A stretch of DNA of 64,000 bases, taken from the IMG/VR virus record IMGVR_UViG_3300044679_000029, positions 1 through 64,000 of that record; one strand, written 5' to 3'. This document shows positions 38,349 through 47,680 of the stretch, piece by piece (the stretch's first letter is position 1; each line of letters starts with the position of its first letter). Below the pieces are notes generated by a model. It ran no database searches. It had not been told where the DNA came from and saw only the letters and a list, made by a program, of their open reading frames with translations. The stretch is from an uncultured virus (IMG/VR IMGVR_UViG_3300044679_000029) (taxonomy: Duplodnaviria; Heunggongvirae; Uroviricota; Caudoviricetes). The position numbers were made by a program, and so were the translations under genes.

Positions 38349-38362
38349 CTCAAACCGGAGGT

Positions 38363-38572
38363 GTGCAAGTGATAATCAAGCCGAATCAGTTGACTCCCAT
38401 CCCAGAGGGCATCAAGATCAAGAAGATTTCGGCAGGCGAAACCAGCGGAGTCTTCTTTGTGATCAGCCACATCACAAGGTTCATGTCGCGGGAAAACAAG
38501 AATTCGCGGCGTAAGCCAGACCAGTATCAGCCCAGAAATCTCTCGGGCTTCGATCCGGTCGAGAGCGAATAA
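38363..38572 (+). CDS. hypothetical basic protein
   Basis: GGAGG SD precedes GTG codons. Confidence 0.45.
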   Translation: MQVIIKPNQLTPIPEGIKIKKISAGETSGVFFVISHITRFMSRENKNSRRKPDQYQPRNLSGFDPVESE

Positions 38573-38724
38573 TCTTCTAGACTTTCTCCCGGGCTAAGGT
38601 CATGCCTGGTAATGGCCCTAATTAGTCAATGCGGGCTAGAAAGCGGGAATCCCATGAAGTGGACCTAGCGATCCGACAATCTAATGCATAGATTAGCACT
38701 AGAATAACTCTGAGAAAACTGTGA

Positions 38725-38837
38725 GCCCACAAGAAGATATCTTCTTGTATATACGTTTATAACCCCCCAATCTGACAGAAATTGTCGGAACGGCAATGGG
38801 AATAAACGTGTATACGTGAGGATATCTTCTTGTGGGC
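38725..38837. repeat. long imperfect inverted repeat containing a 20-bp palindrome
   Basis: GCCCACAAGAAGATATC...GATATCTTCTTGTGGGC arms; ACAAGAAGATATCTTCTTGT palindrome at 38729-38748. Confidence 0.85.
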
Positions 38838-38936
38838 AATTAAGATTTGTCGGTTTTTAGGTTGACTTCCTATAACATCTGAATTATACTAGACATGATT
38901 AGCGGAACTATAATTTAGTACTAGGAAGACAAACTA

Positions 38937-40688
38937 ATGCCTTTATATACCGACGCAGTTCAAGGGAGCTTATTTCCCTCTAGTAACAGTCAACCCAATC
39001 CTTTATTTACTTATCTCCAGGGGTTTATTCCCAGAAAACTCAAGGACCTATTTAGGTGGTTGGAATATCTATCCTATAACTCAACGCATATCTATGCCGG
39101 ACTATATAAGCTCGCGGATTATTCGGTTACAGACGTTCAATACTTAACCGATTCCACCCAGGAAAAAACTCGGCATAAAGATTTACTTGAGAAGACGTTA
39201 CACATTAAATCGTTACTTAAAGCAGCGTCACGCGACCGCCTTATATACGGAAATAGTTTCATATCTCTATACATGCCGTTTATCCGCAATATGGTGTGCA
39301 CTGGTTGTAAGATTAAGCGCAATATAGATACTGTCGACTATAAGTTTAAGTGGAAGAATCTTACGTTTAACTGGCTTTGCAAGGAATGCGGCCAATCAAA
39401 CATGACTGGCGTCGACGATTTTGAGGATATCAAAGTCCCCAACCATAAGCGTATTAACGTTATCCGGTGGGACCCCAAGCTGATAGACATCGATTATAAT
39501 CCCCTAACCGGTGAAAGCACAATCTACTACACGATTCCAAAAGAAGTTAAGGAGAAGATTCGTGCTGGTAATAAGCATCTTCTAAATTCGATGCCTGTTG
39601 GATTTTTAAAGGCCGTCAAAGAAGATCGTCTATTTAAGTTCGACAGAGGTCAAGTCTTCCATATGAAGATCGATGCACCAGCCGGTATCGATTCTCAGTG
39701 GGGCTTCTCACCGTTACTAGCAACTATTCCTAGCTTCCTGTATGTGGCCGTATTACGTAAGGCCAACGAAGCCATCGCATTAGATTTCGCTGTACCTCTT
39801 CGTATTCTTCACCCGGCACAATCGTCTTCTAACGCTGATCCGGTGTCGACTATTAACTTAGGTAACTGGACTGAGAAGACACGCGAAAATATTCGTAAGT
39901 GGCGTCGAGACCCCTTGCACATCATGTTTGCGCCTGTGCCATTAGGAATAACTCAGATGGGTGGGACTGCAAAATTGCTCTTAACTGCAACTGAGATTCG
40001 TGACGTAGAGGATAACATTATTACTGCTCTAGGTATTCCTCGTGAATTTATTTACGGCGGGATGACTATGACCGGGTCTAGCGTAACACTACGCATGTTA
40101 GAGAACCAACTTCTAACTCAGACCAAAGATCTAGAAGACTTAATGGGTTGGATTGACGACAAGTGTGCGACATTCTTAGGGTGGGGTAAGATACATACTG
40201 AGCTACTGCCGTTTAAACTTGTGGACGATGTTGCGCAAAAAAATGTTCTAGTTCAAATTAATCAAGTTAAACCGATTATTTCTGATACTACAATCGCAGA
40301 AGTCTTCGGCTACGATCTTAAGAAAGAGCGAAAGCTTAGAATGCAAGAAGCATTGGACGAGGCGCGCTTCCAGATGGAAATGCAGAAGAGCGTTTCTGAT
40401 ATACAAAATAACCTTGGCCAGCAAGCACGGACACAAGCGGGATCCGCACCGCCATATAATCCTCAGCAGATTGTACAACAGGCTGATCAACTCGTACAAC
40501 AGTTATCGGGACTCGATCACGGTTCCCGCAAATCTGAACTAGATAAACTAAAAAAAGAAGACTTCGTTCTATACGCGGTAACAGCGAAACGTCTTGAGGA
40601 CTATAACAATACTCAAACTCAGGCAGCCAAAAGTCAACAAACAGGTGGCGGACAACCGGCACCGCAACCGTCGGGCGGAGCAAAGTAG
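38937..40688 (+). CDS. portal protein with Zn-ribbon insertion
   Basis: D.LIYGNSF, RWDPK.I.I, WG.SPL..., I.ALGIP.EFI.GG portal-like motifs; CTGC/CKEC insert; Q-rich C-terminus. Confidence 0.75.
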   Translation: MPLYTDAVQGSLFPSSNSQPNPLFTYLQGFIPRKLKDLFRWLEYLSYNSTHIYAGLYKLADYSVTDVQYLTDSTQEKTRHKDLLEKTLHIKSLLKAASRDRLIYGNSFISLYMPFIRNMVCTGCKIKRNIDTVDYKFKWKNLTFNWLCKECGQSNMTGVDDFEDIKVPNHKRINVIRWDPKLIDIDYNPLTGESTIYYTIPKEVKEKIRAGNKHLLNSMPVGFLKAVKEDRLFKFDRGQVFHMKIDAPAGIDSQWGFSPLLATIPSFLYVAVLRKANEAIALDFAVPLRILHPAQSSSNADPVSTINLGNWTEKTRENIRKWRRDPLHIMFAPVPLGITQMGGTAKLLLTATEIRDVEDNIITALGIPREFIYGGMTMTGSSVTLRMLENQLLTQTKDLEDLMGWIDDKCATFLGWGKIHTELLPFKLVDDVAQKNVLVQINQVKPIISDTTIAEVFGYDLKKERKLRMQEALDEARFQMEMQKSVSDIQNNLGQQARTQAGSAPPYNPQQIVQQADQLVQQLSGLDHGSRKSELDKLKKEDFVLYAVTAKRLEDYNNTQTQAAKSQQTGGGQPAPQPSGGAK

Positions 40689-40728
40689 CATTTGAAAGTA
40701 TTACGTACCACCAACAAGAGAGTAAATC

Positions 40729-41076
40729 ATGCCTCGAAGACCAAAAACAGATCCTAATACAGACTTCGCTAATTTAGTTAACGAGATTAGTAATGCTAAT
40801 ACTGAAATAGATTTGGCACCAGCGCACCCTACACAGAATCAATCGGCGTCATCTGACTTGCTAGACGACCATTTTACATACACGTGTAAGGTCGAGCGAT
40901 TTGAAATTGGTACCGATAATAGTAAATACGAACAATTAATGACGGATGGCGTAAACGGTAAGATTAATATTATTCGTGAGCGGTTTGTTGATACTAAGGA
41001 AGGCAAAACGTTTTGTGTCCTCGTGTATCTTGTTCCGAAGCCGAAGCTCCTGAAGCCTGCTCCTCCGCCGCTATAA
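40729..41076 (+). CDS. hypothetical protein
   Basis: Coupled to the operon. Confidence 0.55.
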   Translation: MPRRPKTDPNTDFANLVNEISNANTEIDLAPAHPTQNQSASSDLLDDHFTYTCKVERFEIGTDNSKYEQLMTDGVNGKINIIRERFVDTKEGKTFCVLVYLVPKPKLLKPAPPPL

Positions 41077-41091
41077 GATAAATATCAAATC

Positions 41092-42873
41092 ATGACAGCA
41101 ACCCTGGAATTAAAATTCGCAGGTGCACTACCTCTATTGTCTCTGCCAGCAAGCACGCCTGGTGCCGACAGAATCTTTGGGGCACAATTATCTAAAGATA
41201 AAACGAAATTTCTGTACCCAGGTTTTTTCCCACAGCATGAAATAGTTATTAGCGATATAAAAACCAGCGAATTGAACGTAATCATTCCTGAAAACGTGGC
41301 TAATCATATTACACAGGAGAGTAGTCATAAGGATCTAATTTTAGACCCAAACTTCCAATTTATCACTAAACCATTTGACCATCAAATTGAATCGCTAAAG
41401 TACTGCATTAGCCGGTTGCGTAGCGCACTTTTATTAGACTGTGGTTTGGGAAAATCTAAAGTCGCAATAGACATGTTGCGCTACCAAAAGTTTATCGGTA
41501 AGCCATGCAAGACTATTGTTGTGTGCCCGAAAACTGTGTTGTTTAGTTGGGAAAACGAGATAGCTAAACATAGCGGAAATGAACTAACAACTACTGTTAT
41601 AGATGGTACGCCTAAGAAAAAATTAGAGTTACTTAACAAGGATACCGACGTCTATCTTATTACATATAGCGCTCTAGCCAAAAAAGAATTTCTTAAAACT
41701 GTAATCGATATTATTCCCTATGATACAGTTATATTGGACGAGAGTCACAACCTACAAAGTCCGTCTTCGCAGAAGACTAAAGCGTGTTTAGCCCTATGCC
41801 AAAAAGCAGCCAGACGCGTTATTATGAGCGGGACCGTAACTTTTGGGTCGCCCATTCATCTATATGGTCAATTAAAATTCCTTGGTAATTTTCTAATACC
41901 GGAAGGCGATTCGTGGAAGTTTTGTAATCGATTCGTTAACTACGGACAAAAGTTTAATCATAAGGTTATTGTCGGATATAAGAATACTGACGTACTGGAG
42001 AAGCGCCTTTCCAGTGTTAGTGTGAAATACACGAAGGAGGTTTGCTTAGATTTACCTGAACGGTACATAATCGATGAGCCGTATCAGGTATCAGAAGAAC
42101 AAAAACAAGAATATAATGCATTCATAGAAGCGCCCATGCAAGAAGTTGCCTCGCGTTTAAACGTAAGTAATGACGCGGCGGCGGCAGTACGACTAATAAA
42201 GTTAACACAAATTCTATCTGGCTTTCGAATAGAAAGCAATAAAGACCATAAAATTTGTGATAATTGCGAGTTCGTAAATGGGTGTGTTGAGAATAAAATT
42301 CTACCGTATACCAACGATTGTCAAAAAATAAAAATATCTCCCCCAGACACAATTCATAAATATCCAAATCCCAAACTAGATCGAGCCGAGAACTTATTAA
42401 CTAGTATTCTCTCTGAGCCGACTTCAAAAGTGGTGGTATGGTACCATTACAAACTGGAGCTGGAGTCTATAGAAATGATGTTGCACGCCTTGGGCGTGCA
42501 GGAGATTATAATAAATGGCAGTAAAGATTCAAGAAGTATTAGAACTGATATTGAGCGGTTTGAAACGGATCCAGGAGTTAGGGCCTGCGTTTGCCAAGTT
42601 GGTTGCTCTAGCGGTTTCACTATTTGTAGAGCTAACTACGTTATCTACTACGGTGTAGATTTCTCGCTGGCTAACTACCTCCAGAGTATCGACAGGAATT
42701 ACCGCATCGGTCAAGACCGTAAAGTAATTTGCTATAGATTGTACGCACCAGGATCGGTAGAAGAATTGATCTTCAAAGCTCTAGATAGCAAAGAAGAAAT
42801 CAAGAACGCCCTTATGGGCAAAACCGAAGTCTCTGAGATGCTACGATATATAGTTAGACCGAAGCCGCTATAA
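41092..42873 (+). CDS. SNF2-family helicase
   Basis: DCGLGKS, VCP, ILDESH, MSGT, QSIDRNYRIGQ motifs; Cys-rich insert. Confidence 0.92.
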   Translation: MTATLELKFAGALPLLSLPASTPGADRIFGAQLSKDKTKFLYPGFFPQHEIVISDIKTSELNVIIPENVANHITQESSHKDLILDPNFQFITKPFDHQIESLKYCISRLRSALLLDCGLGKSKVAIDMLRYQKFIGKPCKTIVVCPKTVLFSWENEIAKHSGNELTTTVIDGTPKKKLELLNKDTDVYLITYSALAKKEFLKTVIDIIPYDTVILDESHNLQSPSSQKTKACLALCQKAARRVIMSGTVTFGSPIHLYGQLKFLGNFLIPEGDSWKFCNRFVNYGQKFNHKVIVGYKNTDVLEKRLSSVSVKYTKEVCLDLPERYIIDEPYQVSEEQKQEYNAFIEAPMQEVASRLNVSNDAAAAVRLIKLTQILSGFRIESNKDHKICDNCEFVNGCVENKILPYTNDCQKIKISPPDTIHKYPNPKLDRAENLLTSILSEPTSKVVVWYHYKLELESIEMMLHALGVQEIIINGSKDSRSIRTDIERFETDPGVRACVCQVGCSSGFTICRANYVIYYGVDFSLANYLQSIDRNYRIGQDRKVICYRLYAPGSVEELIFKALDSKEEIKNALMGKTEVSEMLRYIVRPKPL

Positions 42874-42957
42874 TGAGACGGAGGGTTGTATCAACCCTGT
42901 CTCACACTTGACTTTAAGCAGTACAACGGTTATACTAAAACACGAAAGGACGTTAAC

Positions 42958-43176
42958 ATGGCAAAAACAGAATTCAAGGCAGGGGACAAAGTCCACCACA
43001 AGACTGGTTCGCCACAGATGGTAATCGCCTCTATAAATAACGCGGGCGCAATTAGGTGCACGTGGTTCATCGGGTGGTATAGACAGGATGAAACATTTAC
43101 AGCAGCCGAATTGGAACTATCTGACCCTCGGGCTATAAATGTTGATACGTTGCTTGTTATGGAACAATTGGACTAA
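42958..43176 (+). CDS. YodC/DUF2158-like small protein
   Basis: FKAGDKV.HKTGSPQMVI...CTWF...F...EL; promoter TTGACT-17-TATACT at 42908-42936. Confidence 0.7.
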   Translation: MAKTEFKAGDKVHHKTGSPQMVIASINNAGAIRCTWFIGWYRQDETFTAAELELSDPRAINVDTLLVMEQLD

Positions 43177-43179
43177 TTC

Positions 43180-43677
43180 ATGCGTATTATATTATCTCCA
43201 GAAGACGTTAATCTCTACTTGTCTGAGATGCTTAACCAGGCGGGCATGACGATTGATGGTACGATCGAATGGACTTGGGATGAAGATGTTGGTCCAAGCG
43301 CGGTTGTAACTCTCGGAGCACCAAAGCCAGTGCCTGCTGCGGTGCCGCAACCATTTGTAGAACCACCGAAACCGCGCGTTGATAAGGTTACAGTTAAGTT
43401 ACCAAGTCGGCCTGTAGAAGAACTAGAAGAACTAACACTCGCCAATGTTGGCAACTTACCAGAAAGTAATACAGAAATGCCGAAGACAAAGAAGAAAACT
43501 CGTGGTCCAGGAAAGAAAACGCTTACTAAGCCGAGTTCACAACTTAATGTAACGCCTCGTGTTAGAGCGTACCAAGAAGAGGTAGCGAAGAATGCTAAAT
43601 TGCTGATTCACCCGCTTACGGGGGATGTGGTTAACGGGTCGGCTGCGTCGAGTACGGAATATCCTGCTAAGGAATAA
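43180..43677 (+). CDS. hypothetical protein
   Basis: Coupled to the operon. Confidence 0.55.
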   Translation: MRIILSPEDVNLYLSEMLNQAGMTIDGTIEWTWDEDVGPSAVVTLGAPKPVPAAVPQPFVEPPKPRVDKVTVKLPSRPVEELEELTLANVGNLPESNTEMPKTKKKTRGPGKKTLTKPSSQLNVTPRVRAYQEEVAKNAKLLIHPLTGDVVNGSAASSTEYPAKE

Positions 43678-44646
43678 ATGAGCGATAAACTGAAGGTATT
43701 TGGTAATGCTATAGAGCTTGCCGATACGCCAAAACCGACAACCAGAATCGCTTGGTTGGACGACATCGGCGGCGGTAATCCTTATCAAGATGGTGTAGAA
43801 AAATTAATTAGCGAAGGCAAGATTAAACGTAGCGAGTTTACTTTGCCGTTGCCGTATCTATCTGTGAGCCAAGTAGAACAATATTTGAAGTGCCCAAAAC
43901 AGTATGAATTTAGATATGTGAATGGAATCAAGTCTCCTCCCGGTATCGCGATGGTCCAGGGCAGTACAGTTCATAAAGGACTTGAGGCCGGCTATAAGTA
44001 CATGAAGAAAAATAAGATCGTTCCGCCGCTGGAAATGATTCTAGATGAATACTCTGGCGAGTTTACGAAGAATCTAACCGGCGATATTGTGTTAGGAGAG
44101 GGCGAGACCGAAGCTGCAACTAGGGCCCAGGGTGAAGCCTTAATCAAGAAGTGGCACGAAACTAAGGCACCCCTAATAAAGCCCGTTGCTATAGAATCTA
44201 AATTCATTGCCGAATTTGGTGGCGTGCCTGTAGTAGGTGCCTTAGACCTAATCGACCGTGTTGACATTCCATTGTCCGAATCGCAGCGTTGGGAAAACAA
44301 GACGGATGACAGCACGAATCCGATGCTTGATATGATCGTCGATAATAAGGTCGTGGCTAAGACGTATTCGCAGGCCGACGTAAACAATTCATTGCAAATG
44401 AGTTTGTATGCTTATGCTACTGGTATACCACGCCAACGATATGATTTATATGTTAAATCTAAAGTACCCAAACTCGAAGAAATGCTTACCGGCCGTGATG
44501 AAAAAGCTATTAAGTGGGCAGCTAAGATCTTTAATAATGTAGCACGACAAATTTCCCAGGGTAACTTTCCAGAATGTAGTCCATCGTCGTGGTGTTGTAA
44601 CGCCAAGTACTGCGGTTATTTTTATTCCTGTAGAGGTAAGGAATAA
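43678..44646 (+). CDS. PD-(D/E)xK (RecB/Cas4-like) nuclease
   Basis: LS.SQ...Y.KCP, G..VH, G.LDLID, IVDNK, QMSLYA; C-terminal Cys cluster. Confidence 0.85.
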   Translation: MSDKLKVFGNAIELADTPKPTTRIAWLDDIGGGNPYQDGVEKLISEGKIKRSEFTLPLPYLSVSQVEQYLKCPKQYEFRYVNGIKSPPGIAMVQGSTVHKGLEAGYKYMKKNKIVPPLEMILDEYSGEFTKNLTGDIVLGEGETEAATRAQGEALIKKWHETKAPLIKPVAIESKFIAEFGGVPVVGALDLIDRVDIPLSESQRWENKTDDSTNPMLDMIVDNKVVAKTYSQADVNNSLQMSLYAYATGIPRQRYDLYVKSKVPKLEEMLTGRDEKAIKWAAKIFNNVARQISQGNFPECSPSSWCCNAKYCGYFYSCRGKE

Positions 44647-44763
44647 AAGATATGGAAAGCCCCGCGGCTGGTTATGCAACGACCACAATAATGCCCTAGG
44701 TAAACTCGGTGATAACGTTACTGGTGTAGAAGCAGTACTAAATTATTTAGAAAGATACAAATA

Positions 44764-45330
44764 ATGGGTCCATTACAATATTTAATAAATGCGTTGATTA
44801 GTATGTTTAGTAAGAAGCAGGTAGTTGATGAGAACCCACTAATTACTACTGCCCCACCATCTGACTCCCCAAACGGAGTACAGTTAGACGCGCTCATAAC
44901 AAAACACGAGGGTATTCGTCTAAACGTGTATAAAGACCAATACGGCAATCCGACTATTGGGATAGGACACAATCTCAATGCTTCACCACTTCCGGTGGGA
45001 TGGACAACGCCATTAACGGTTCAACAGGCGCAATCACTATTACAGAATGACGTCTGTGTTGTTGGTGACAAACTATCGGCCTCGTTATCGTGGTTCGAGG
45101 AGCTTGAAGACTCAGATCAAGTTCGTGCAGCTGTGTTAGTGGACATGGGCTTTAATATGGGTGTCGCAGACTTACTGACATTCAAAACGTTCTTGTCTCT
45201 GGTATCAGCAGGCGAATACGACAAAGCAGCAGATGATTTAACGAATACGTTGTGGGCGAAGCAGGTGCCTGTAAGAGCAGCCGAAGATATACAGATGATT
45301 AGAACTGGGCAGTGGCCCGAAGGAATTTAA
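44764..45330 (+). CDS. lysozyme/endolysin (T4-like, GH24)
   Basis: HEG.RL.VYKD..G.PTIGIGH catalytic E-D-T triad; M.FN.G; WAKQV..RA. Confidence 0.9.
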   Translation: MGPLQYLINALISMFSKKQVVDENPLITTAPPSDSPNGVQLDALITKHEGIRLNVYKDQYGNPTIGIGHNLNASPLPVGWTTPLTVQQAQSLLQNDVCVVGDKLSASLSWFEELEDSDQVRAAVLVDMGFNMGVADLLTFKTFLSLVSAGEYDKAADDLTNTLWAKQVPVRAAEDIQMIRTGQWPEGI

Positions 45331-45677
45331 TGTCTAAAAAGATAAAGACCAAAAAAGAAAGAATTAATTGTGCTGTGTCATTAGCCGATTGTGGTGACCC
45401 AGATCAGTGGAGTGGTGATTTTTCGAGATTGCCGCCAAATAAGGTATATAACCTAAGAATCGATTACCCGTGCACACCAACGATCTTCGCTATCAAGACA
45501 GGTAAGAAGGGCCTTAGTCTGATAAATTTGATGCACAAGATAATCCTTTCATACGGTAAGATTTACGATAATGTCGATAAATACAACGTATGGGGACACG
45601 ATATGGACGACTTGGTTATTGCTGAAATAGAGGTAAACCATAAAACTAAGACTATTAGTCTTGGAGTTGATTCATAA
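45330..45677 (+). CDS. hypothetical protein
   Basis: IDYP...VWGHDMDDL motif; ATG overlaps the lysozyme stop. Confidence 0.6.
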   Translation: MSKKIKTKKERINCAVSLADCGDPDQWSGDFSRLPPNKVYNLRIDYPCTPTIFAIKTGKKGLSLINLMHKIILSYGKIYDNVDKYNVWGHDMDDLVIAEIEVNHKTKTISLGVDS

Positions 45678-45847
45678 TGATCGAAAAACTAGGCGTCGTA
45701 GTAAATCCAGAACCCGATAAGACGGCATCGTCTGAATCGGAAAAGACTTGTCCGAATTGTTTGATTCTATTAAGCACTGATACGAATGTTAAGTGTTGCC
45801 CAAATTGCGGGACTAACCCCTTCGAAAGCAGAGATGAATCTAATTAA
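45677..45847 (+). CDS. small Zn-ribbon protein; not in ORF track
   Basis: MIEKLGV...KTAS...CPNC...CPNCGT.PFE. Confidence 0.65.
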   Translation: MIEKLGVVVNPEPDKTASSESEKTCPNCLILLSTDTNVKCCPNCGTNPFESRDESN

Positions 45848-46671
45848 TCTAAATCGAGTAAGTCATCTGATGAATTAATCCCATTATATTCGAGATATTT
45901 CTTAATCTGTGCTAGTGCCCGAAGCTTTATTTGACGAACCCTCTCGCTCGATATGCCCAGCACCGCAGCTATTGATTTTAAACTTAAGGGAGGGTCAGAC
46001 ACCATTCCCATATATCCCATTATGACAAAACGCTCCCTTACAGGGAGCATACTAATAACGTACTCCATATAAGCCGCGCCCGACCGGTTTGTCACTGAAC
46101 GCTCTATGTTTTCCTCGTTGGCTGGCGCGTGAACAAGAGCATCTATTGAGCAAACTTCCACGTGTTCGGCCAAGAGCCTCTCAACCTGTTTCACTGACAT
46201 GCCGGTCGATTTCGACAGTTCAAGTGACGTAGGTTCGCGACCAAGCTCTTTGCGTGACTTCTGTAAAGTATTATTGAGCTTACGTAAAGCCTTCTTGCGA
46301 CCAAGCTGTATGGTCACGACGGAGTTTTTATGTAACTCTTCGCGTATGCTTAACAGAACCCACCAAGCAGCATATGATAACAACCGTGTACCGTGGGTAG
46401 TCTCGTACCGGTCGAGGGCGATCAATAGCCCTTCGTTACCTGCTGATATCAAAAGTTGTTGTAAGTCGAAGTTCTGTCCAGCATAAGACCGCGCGACCTT
46501 AACTACGAAACGAAGTCCAGATTCTATGAGTCTCCGCTTAGCATCCAAATCGCCAGTTTTCTTATATAGCCTGAAAAGCTTCTTCTCTGTCTTAGCGTCT
46601 AAGATGATTACTTTTGACAGGTCATTAGCGTATATAGCAGCACTGTCGATTGAATTAAGCGGTTTCGGCAT
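45844..46671 (-). CDS. sigma70-family RNA polymerase sigma factor
   Basis: LIESGLRFVVKVAR.Y, GNEGL..A.DRY, SYAAWW (region 2); LGREPT (region 3); LGISSERVRQIK.RAL (region 4.2); promoter at 46717-46745. Confidence 0.93.
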   Translation of the reverse strand: MPKPLNSIDSAAIYANDLSKVIILDAKTEKKLFRLYKKTGDLDAKRRLIESGLRFVVKVARSYAGQNFDLQQLLISAGNEGLLIALDRYETTHGTRLLSYAAWWVLLSIREELHKNSVVTIQLGRKKALRKLNNTLQKSRKELGREPTSLELSKSTGMSVKQVERLLAEHVEVCSIDALVHAPANEENIERSVTNRSGAAYMEYVISMLPVRERFVIMGYMGMVSDPPLSLKSIAAVLGISSERVRQIKLRALAQIKKYLEYNGINSSDDLLDLD

Positions 46672-46871
46672 ATGGTAGGACCTCAGGATTTCAGTTAGTT
46701 ACGGCTGTTCATTGAAGTTATAATGGGTATGTAATAGTTTGTCAAGTAAATATAAATGTAAGAAGTGCGGCATTAAAAAGAAACACAACAGATTTCCTAT
46801 AAAGTACGATGGAACTGGCAGAATGTCGACTTGTTATAACTGTCAAGACCAGAAAGTAATAGGTAAATTAA

Positions 46872-47591
46872 TTGAAACTCACCTGTCCAAAGTGTCCTAA
46901 ACACCACCAGAAAACATTCACCGGCGAAGCTCTAAGTTCAGAATACTGGACAATGGATAAAGATGGTGAATGTGTTAATATGGATGGCGGTGAAGTATAC
47001 AAACCACCAGAAGTCTACTTCTGCGATGTATGTGGTACACAAGCTGAGAAGTCTTAATGTATATCCTAACAGTAACATACACACCCGAAGAACTACCCGA
47101 CTATGAATTTGATGTTAGCCTGGATGATTTGGTCGGTATCGAACATAAATCATGTAACTTTAAAAATGGTATTCGCCAGATTTGTTGGCGGTTTGAATCT
47201 GAGAAGCAAGCGAAGTCGGCAAGCCGAAAGCTTAAAAAGTTCGATTCGCCGTTGAAGTTAAAAGTAGAAGTTTGTGAAGAAGAATAGTTGACAAGCAACA
47301 CTAACGCAGTTATACTGTAACACAAGGAGCAACGTGGATAATACAAAGCAATTAACATACGAAGATATTAAGAAGGTTGAATACAAGTTATACGTACTAG
47401 GTTCGTTATTAGCCGATAAGCTTGAAGAGGCAGACGGCGAAGGTATAAGTTTAACTTGGGCGGAGACACAAGTAATAACAGATAGCATCTGGGAAAGCCA
47501 TGAGCATCTAGCTTCATTCGATCCTGTCAAGGTTATCGTAGACCACGACCACATTGAACCGGTTAAGCTTAAGCCTGTAAATAACAACTAA
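46872..47591 (+). other. three small hypothetical ORFs (46872-47057 Zn-ribbon, 47057-47287, 47334-47591)
   Basis: CPKC...CDVC in the first; promoter TTGACA-17-TATACT at 47288-47316. Confidence 0.55.
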
Positions 47592-47680
47592 AGTAGTTGC
47601 ATTTTTCCACCGAAGCATTATACTGTAAGTGCGACCGATGTTGTCTCGCATTACTAAATAACTAAGGAATAAATTAAAAT

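Larger units (their letters stand above)
36908..38349 (+). repeat. two-level repeat array: identical 42-bp linkers separating mini-genes made of 33-nt units
   Basis: Linker CCCGCCGTCAGCACAAACCCGTAGCAAGAAAGAGGCAATCAC before ATG at 37104, 37359, 37818, 38025; partial copies at 36908 and 38325; unit TCCAAGCTGRACGCGHTCRRYGCTGAGTACNNN. Confidence 0.95.

Noticed and set aside
36908-38349. CRISPR array
   Set aside because: The inter-repeat segments are 160-420 bp, homologous to each other and open reading frames. No cas operon is present, and the PD-(D/E)xK nucleases are ordinary replication-module genes.
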